A stretch of DNA of 54,013 bases. Source: Octopus bimaculoides (Eukaryota). Position 1 is the stretch's first letter, and every line of letters starts with the position of its first letter. Below, in pieces: positions 47,551 to 54,013 of this stretch. Location of the stretch: positions 21,323,738 through 21,377,750 of the forward strand of contig NC_069001.1 in assembly GCF_001194135.2 (NCBI RefSeq). The letters run 5' to 3'. The position numbers and the translations under genes are program-made. The notes below the pieces were generated by a model. It was given only the letters and a program-made list of their open reading frames with translations. It made no database searches and was not told where the DNA came from.

Positions 47551-48223
47551 NNNNNNNNNNNNNNNNNNNNNNNNNNNNNNNNNNNNNNNNNNNNNNNNNN
47601 NNNNNNNNNNNNNNNNNNNNNNNNNNNNNNNNNNNNNNNNNNNNNNNNNNNNNNNNNNNNNNNNNNNNNNNNNNNNNNNNNNNNNNNNNNNNNNNNNNNN
47701 NNNNNNNNNNNNNNNNNNNNNNNNNNNNNNNNNNNNNNNNNNNNNNNNNNNNNNNNNNNNNNNNNNNNNNNNNNNNNNNNNNNNNNNNNNNNNNNNNNNN
47801 NNNNNNNNNNNNNNNNNNNNNNNNNNNNNNNNNNNNNNNNNNNNNNNNNNNNNNNNNNNNNNNNNNNNNNNNNNNNNNNNNNNNNNNNNNNNNNNNNNNN
47901 NNNNNNNNNNNNNNNNNNNNNNNNNNNNNNNNNNNNNNNNNNNNNNNNNNNNNNNNNNNNNNNNNNNNNNNNNNNNNNNNNNNNNNNNNNNNNNNNNNNN
48001 NNNNNNNNNNNNNNNNNNNNNNNNNNNNNNNNNNNNNNNNNNNNNNNNNNNNNNNNNNNNNNNNNNNNNNNNNNNNNNNNNNNNNNNNNNNNNNNNNNNN
48101 NNNNNNNNNNNNNNNNNNNNNNNNNNNNNNNNNNNNNNNNNNNNNNNNNNNNNNNNNNNNNNNNNNNNNNNNNNNNNNNNNNNNNNNNNNNNNNNNNNNN
48201 NNNNNNNNNNNNNNNNNNNNNNN

Positions 48224-49001
48224 ATAAACATCCAAAAGAACACAAACACACAAAACTGACTTCTCACCTGGAAGTAAACTATTCTCAGTCTAGTATTAGG
48301 GACAACTCATGAATAAGAATTACTAGAAGAAACCAACCTACGGTTAGGAGTTATTCTTTTTCTCCCCAGCAACTAGAAACGTCCAAGAAACTTCCTCTAC
48401 TCCTCAACGAAGAAACCCAACCTACGGATTCTCAACCTATTTACTCAGACAGCACAAACAACTCCTCAATATCTCAAACATAATTAAGAAACCCGAACAA
48501 CATACTTCCGACCAGTTTACCAGACAGCAACACCAACCTTCCAGCAATCCCAATATAATAAATAATAACAATAAAACTGATATAATTAATAACAATAATA
48601 ATATTGGTAACTTCTACCAACCAAATTACAGTAAACATGTTTTTAGACCGAGTGGAGAGAAACAGAGACACACATTGGAACAAAACTTACAGGAGAAACT
48701 CAAAGTAATAAATTCATCAAAGAAAACTCTCTGCAACAAAAATTAGTATACTAGCAATAGGATGAAAATTTACCCGAAACCCATAATGAAAACTATGACT
48801 CACAGAAGCATTGACTACAACGATGAAGATGAGTCTCTGGTTAAAAACAGAAGTAATTATCTTCCACCTAAAGGTAGGAATAAAACACTAGATGACTACT
48901 GCGACCATATCCAAATTTACCCATATACTTTCCATAAACTAAAAATTAATTCAAGCCTCAACAATCTAGAATGGAGAAATGTAATTTAGCTACAAAACGA
49001 G
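48224..49001 (+). mobile_element. N-terminal part of the same Penelope ORF, inverted
   Basis: LKVINSSKKTL...ESLVKNRSNYLPPKGRNKTLDDY...NLNNLEW-like segment, which in PLEs directly precedes the IK.ADKG motif found at the start of 45847-47550. Confidence 0.7.
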
Positions 49002-49200
49002 ATGAATAAAGTTTCTTTATTTAAACGTTCTTGTATAGAAATTCCATCCTTGCACTGGTAAAAGGGGAAACTGTGAAAATTGGTTTGATGTTACCTGCAC
49101 ATCTTTCTATGTGTTCACTTAAAGGAATTTGTCTGTATTGCAGGAAGCGGATGTGCTCTTTATTTGCTTTCAGGATGTTGTTCATTTTTGTTCTGTACTT
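49002..49200 (-). mobile_element. Deleted 3'-end fragment of the same Penelope family
   Basis: Matches 45975-46130 followed by 46420-46450. Confidence 0.85.
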
Positions 49201-49257
49201 AAACTTTATTTCTTCTTTATATATATATATATATATACAGAAGATATATAGTCTAAG

Positions 49258-49985
49258 TACAGAACTGGTGGTGGCTTGTTCAACCAACAACGCTTCAAAG
49301 CAAAATGTAAGACTTTGGTGCAAACACTTCGAGATTTGATCTTTGTAGAAGATTGTACTCCTATAGCACATACTCCTGAGCACATCCAATGGCTTCTAAA
49401 CAACTTCTCGTGTGCATCGAAAGTCTTTGATTTGACGATCTGCATCAAAACACTGAGCTTGTCCACCAGCCCATTCGTGACCATCTTCCTGCTGTTTCCC
49501 CCACTGTATATGCTGATGGAAAAGCCTCAAAACTGTCCCCTCCTTCACCTATCTTGGTTCCATTGTGTCCATTGATGCGAAGATAGATAAAGAAATGAAG
49601 TTCAGAATCGGGAAGGCTAGTTCCACTTTTGATAAGCTTTATCACATGCCATGGAGCAGCCACGATGTATCGTTGAAGGTGAAAGTAAATTTATATAAGT
49701 CGGTGGTCTTGACAACATTTCTTTATAGTGCTGAACCTTAGACATTGTACCGAAAGTACGTCAATCAGCTTGACGCTTTTCATATGCGATGCTTGCGTAC
49801 TCTCTCCAACATAAAACCGAGCGACCGTATTCATAATAGTGACGCACTTACACAATGCAACATATCATTATTGAAGCCACCCTCAACAAAATACAGCTTA
49901 GATTGTTAGGTCGATGCAACTTCCTTTTGACCAATTCCCTACAGGAAGTTAAGTTGGAAGGCTACTCTTGCGCTTTAAAGACAAA
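49258..49985 (+). mobile_element. RTE-clade (BovB-like) LINE ORF 3' fragment
   Basis: RTGGGLFNQQRFKAK...RDLIFVEDC..IAH, RIGKASSTFDKL, KVNLYKSVVLTTFLYSAE, NQLDAFHMRCLR, QLRLLG. Confidence 0.85.
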
Positions 49986-50030
49986 CAAAGCATCAGAACG
50001 CAGGGCCTGGTTCCAGTCCTGCTTCCCCTC

Positions 50031-50543
50031 AGTTAGCACTAGGGTCGATGTAATCGACCTAATCCCTTTGTCTGTCCTTGTTTGTCACCTCTATGTTTAG
50101 CCTCTAGCTAGTGGGCAATAAAGAGATAAGAAACGTTAGCACGCCGAGCGAAATGCTTAGCGGTATTTTGTCTGCCTTTACGTTCTGAGTTCAAATTCCG
50201 CCGAGGTCGACTTTGCCGTTCATCCTTTCGGGGTTGATTAATTAAGTACCAGTTACGCACTGGGGTCGGTGTAATGGACTTAATCCTTTTGTTTGTCCTT
50301 GTTTGTCCCCTCTGTGTTTAGCCCCTAGTGGGCAATAAAGAGATAAGAAACGTTAGCACGCCGGAGGAAATGCTTAGCGGTATTTTGTCTGTCTTTATGT
50401 TCTGAGTTCAAATTCTGCCGAGGTCGACTTCCTCTTTCATACTTTCGGGAATCTATAATATAAGCCCCAGTTGAGTACTGGGGTCGATCTAATGGCGCCC
50501 TCGCCAAAAATTTCGGGCCTTGTGCCTAGAGTAGAAAAGAATA
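50031..50543 (+). mobile_element. Head-to-tail array of SINE family 2 units, period 217 bp
   Basis: Units start aaacgttagcacgcc at 50131 and 50348, each preceded by gtgggcaataaagagataag; partial unit at 50031-50130. Confidence 0.9.
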
Positions 50544-51545
50544 TAAATAGCAGAGTCTGTTATTGTTTTCATATCAACTTTAACGGTCATCGCTAATGAC
50601 ATATGTTGATGTGTTAAGAGTATGTCACATATAAACCAATATTTCTAGATGAGAAGAATAATTTCACCGATGTGAAAGTTACACATCATAGAAATGTCAC
50701 GGCAGCTCACTTTGAAAATATTTTAATTCAGTGACTGGTAGTGTATGTGTGTCAAATAATTGAGTAAAAATCTCCATATCTCAAGAAATGATATCAAAAG
50801 TTAATCAAAGCCTGTCACCGAAGTATGGATACCATAAATGGCTTTGTGAATGCACCATCTAACTCTTTAAAATTATATGCTTTAAAATTATATGCCACCA
50901 AAATTTATATCAGTCAAATCTTGATTATACAAATCAGTTCACCAGTTGAGCACCGTAGTCAATGTAATCGACTTGACCCTTTCCTGAAAATTGCTGGGCT
51001 TTTGCCCAAATTTAAAGCCATTATTTTATTAGTGTCTAATTTATTAGTGACAACTTTATTAGCAACTAGTATGTAGTGTTAATACAGTTTCGAAGTTGGT
51101 GAACTCGTGTACATTATTGCAATGTATGAACATGTGATTATATATATAAAATCTAACTGATCTGCATGTTATATTTTAATTGTTAGTGGAGTTAATTAAA
51201 TGGTCTTTATTATTAGCTATTCATAAAGGCTATTACTGAAATATGCTGGATAACTTACTATTATAAAAGGCAACTTGGATTTCTATTATACAGGTTTGCC
51301 AAAAAATAAAGTTTTACTCTCTTTGAAGAAGGATCAAATATATTCGTAAAAGAGATTTATTAAATATTCCTAAAACGTACAGAAAGAAGCAATCGAATGA
51401 TTCTAAATCAATTGCAATCTTCCTTTGTTATGCATGTTTTAGTGTTCTGAATTAAGTCTACTAATGTATTAATGTATTCTGTCTGTCTGTCTGTCTCCAT
51501 CCTCTTGCTCTCTCTCTCTCTCCACCAATTTGTTCTCTCTCCATC

Positions 51546-51619
<74 letters not shown>

Positions 51620-52040
51620 TATGTGTGTGTGCATGTATGTGTGTGCGTGCGTGTGTTTGTTTGTGTATGTATGTATATACATAGATACAGACATACATAT
51701 GTCACGTGAATATATGCAAATTTAAATATCAGTCGACACGGCGTAAAACTGAATTTTACTCATAGGCATTGTAAACAAATTGTATTTTATAGAAAGTCAT
51801 TTGGACACAAACGGCCAGTTTCATGTCTTTATGGCTGTTCACAAGAACAGTTGATTGAAGTCATTCGTTAAATAAAAGAATTCGATTTACATAGATAACA
51901 CATTTTCTGGTGTATTGTTCGAGTAATAAATTAATTACACATCACTAATTTATGTACTTATACGGTCATAAGTAAACAGATATGTGTGTGTGTGTATGTG
52001 TGTATTTGCGTGTTTGTTTCTAATATGCGTTTTTGTATGA

Positions 52041-52079
<39 letters not shown>

Positions 52080-52489
52080 GACAATACACATTTTAAAACG
52101 CAAAATGAAAATTAAACAAAAGACAGGAGTATTAAATACTCATAAAGGAATGAAAGGAAATAATGACGGAAGAGTATAATGACCGCAACAACTAAAAGAA
52201 AACTTTCCAAACAAAGCATAATACGAAAACCACATACGGAGCAATATCGCGTTAGAATGAAATACTCGAAGACGTGGTACGAAGGGCGCTAAAAACACTA
52301 CAACAATCGACTATAAAAAGCATTCAAAAAATATTTATAAGTGAAGCAATATTAATAAACGTTCAATAATATAAGATTGGAGCGTGTTGGTTTAAAAATT
52401 GTTGCTACTCTCTCTTAAAGTAAATTTAATGGCTTAATCAATGAATTAATCAAAGTGGAAGTAGTGTTTATCGATTTCAGCTATTTCTA

Positions 52490-52880
52490 TTCCGTTGTTT
52501 TCCTTTGTGTCTTGCAAAGATAAGACACTTTGTCCTGTTGCTCCGCTTTCCCTTCCTCACCCTGCTCCTCCCCTTCATGTACATCACCGCCATCACCGCC
52601 ATTATCATTTCCATCGTTGTCATCGCTCTCGACACCATCACCGTCGTAATCCACCGTCGTCGTCGTCTTCGTCGCCGTCCTCCTACTCCCCTTTCTCCTC
52701 CTCTCCCTCCTCTTCCTCCTCCTCGTCGTCATCACCTTCATCACCATCACTATCGTCAGTATCCCGTTTATTGCCATAATCATCACTATAATGTCAACTC
52801 CACTGCAACCACTATCATAAGCTACTATTAATATCAGGATTAGTAGCAGCAGCAGTAGTTACAACACACCACTAACGCCA
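52490..52880. repeat. Compound degenerate trinucleotide low-complexity tract (CAT/CGT/CCT/CAC)
   Basis: Read directly; produces stop-free frames on both strands. Confidence 0.85.
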
Positions 52881-53280
52881 TCTACATTATATTGCATAAC
52901 GCAGAGAATTTTTATAGTGCAAGGAGTAGGTTTGTTTACAATAAATTTAGAAATATTTAATCATTAAAATAATGATCTCTCAGATATCCAAAGCCATAAA
53001 ATATGCAGCAATTTGATTTCATGTTTGGTATAGGGTCACAGATTTGACATAAGAAACCCATTATTTCAGTAGTTGTCCTTTTCTGTATTCCTTGCTGTAA
53101 TTTGGACGCAGATGAACGTATGTCAACACTACTGGACATTTTGTATCACTCCTGCCCTAGAATAAATGTTATACTCTATCGTGCAACTGTTAAAGTCAGT
53201 AAAATGGACATACAAATTCTAAGTAGTAAATGTAAACAACATTATTCATTAATATAGAAGACAGTAAAGTAAAAATAAAA

Positions 53281-53437
53281 GGTGCCGGTGTAGCTGTGTG
53301 GTAAAAAGCTTAGCTCCAACCATATAGTTCAGTACCACTGTGTGGCACCTTGAGCAAGTGTCTTCTGCTATAGCCTTTGGCTGACCAGAGCCTTGTGAGT
53401 GGATTTGGTAGACAAAAACTGAAAGAAGCTCGTCGTG

Positions 53438-53495
<58 letters not shown>
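53281..53495 (+). mobile_element. SINE family 1, 5' half ending in its internal microsatellite
   Basis: gtagctgtgtggtaa...ggcaccttgagcaagtgtctt...gaaagaagctcgtcg followed by (TA)(TG). Confidence 0.85.
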
Positions 53496-53539
53496 AATAT
53501 ATAAAAAGATAAAGAGAGCAATGGTAAAGTTGGAAATAT

Positions 53540-54013
53540 ATTTTATGCATAGAGTCTTACAGCTGTTTCTGGGAAGATCCAAAACTTCCCTTCATCGGAG
53601 ACAGAAATAGTAAAGGAATCGGTTATTATAACCATAGGCGGAGAGTTATAGTATGAAGTGAGAATGAATGTGATGCGCTGAAAAAAGAAAGAAAGAAAGA
53701 ACAGTACTTGGAGTGTAGTTTCATTCCAGTAGTAAGTATCCGTGTAAAGTAATCCTTGTGGGAATTTTCCGGAAATAGTTGCTGCAGCAAAGGCTGAAAT
53801 AGCAGAGGTGGATATATTCCATATTGTGTCCGAGGTATATTGCTTGTGTTTACTTGAAGGATGTCCCAAGTTAAGTCAGAGATGTGTGTAGGGTAAGTAG
53901 GTCAAGTCTTAAAGACAGAATGGGAAGGGGATAGAGGAATGATTCCGGTGGGGAGTGGTAGTGGTATATTTTTTGTGGTCAGTTAATCTGACTGGACAGA
54001 GAGGATGAGTATT
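53540..54013 (-). mobile_element. Penelope-like 3' end with a hammerhead-like motif
   Basis: Type I hammerhead topology at 53554-53602. The upstream sequence only weakly resembles a GIY-YIG C-terminus. Confidence 0.5.

Noticed and set aside
52487-52831. His/Arg/Ser/Pro-rich ORFs on both strands
   Set aside because: Degenerate trinucleotide low-complexity DNA with no convincing splice or start context.

Overview
AT-rich eukaryotic genomic DNA from a draft assembly (12 N-gaps), most likely an octopus or other coleoid cephalopod, inferred from recognisable SINE and LINE families. No intact protein-coding gene, rRNA, tRNA or CRISPR array can be supported. The window is mostly decayed mobile elements and microsatellites: three tRNA-derived SINE families, R4/Dong-clade LINE fragments sitting in (AAT)n tracts, Penelope-like elements, L1/Tx1 and RTE fragments, Tc1/mariner remnants, a Chapaev3-like transposase, MITEs and a 122-bp minisatellite. 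The most interesting signals are four. (1) A dense RFX/ETS/CCAAT/E-box motif cluster at about 11.5 kb, followed by a repeat-free island (15.9-19.9 kb) holding a phase-compatible chain of small candidate exons, possibly the 5' end of a host gene on +. (2) Four sequence-distinct minimal type I hammerhead-ribozyme-like motifs with palindromic helix III, each with mutated core bases. (3) A strand-polarised stack of SINEs and Dong LINEs built on AAT/AAC microsatellites at 35-40 kb. (4) Inversion and fold-back footprints in the Penelope-like copies. I did not find a clearly new biological system. Family names come from motif recall rather than database searches, and element boundaries are approximate.
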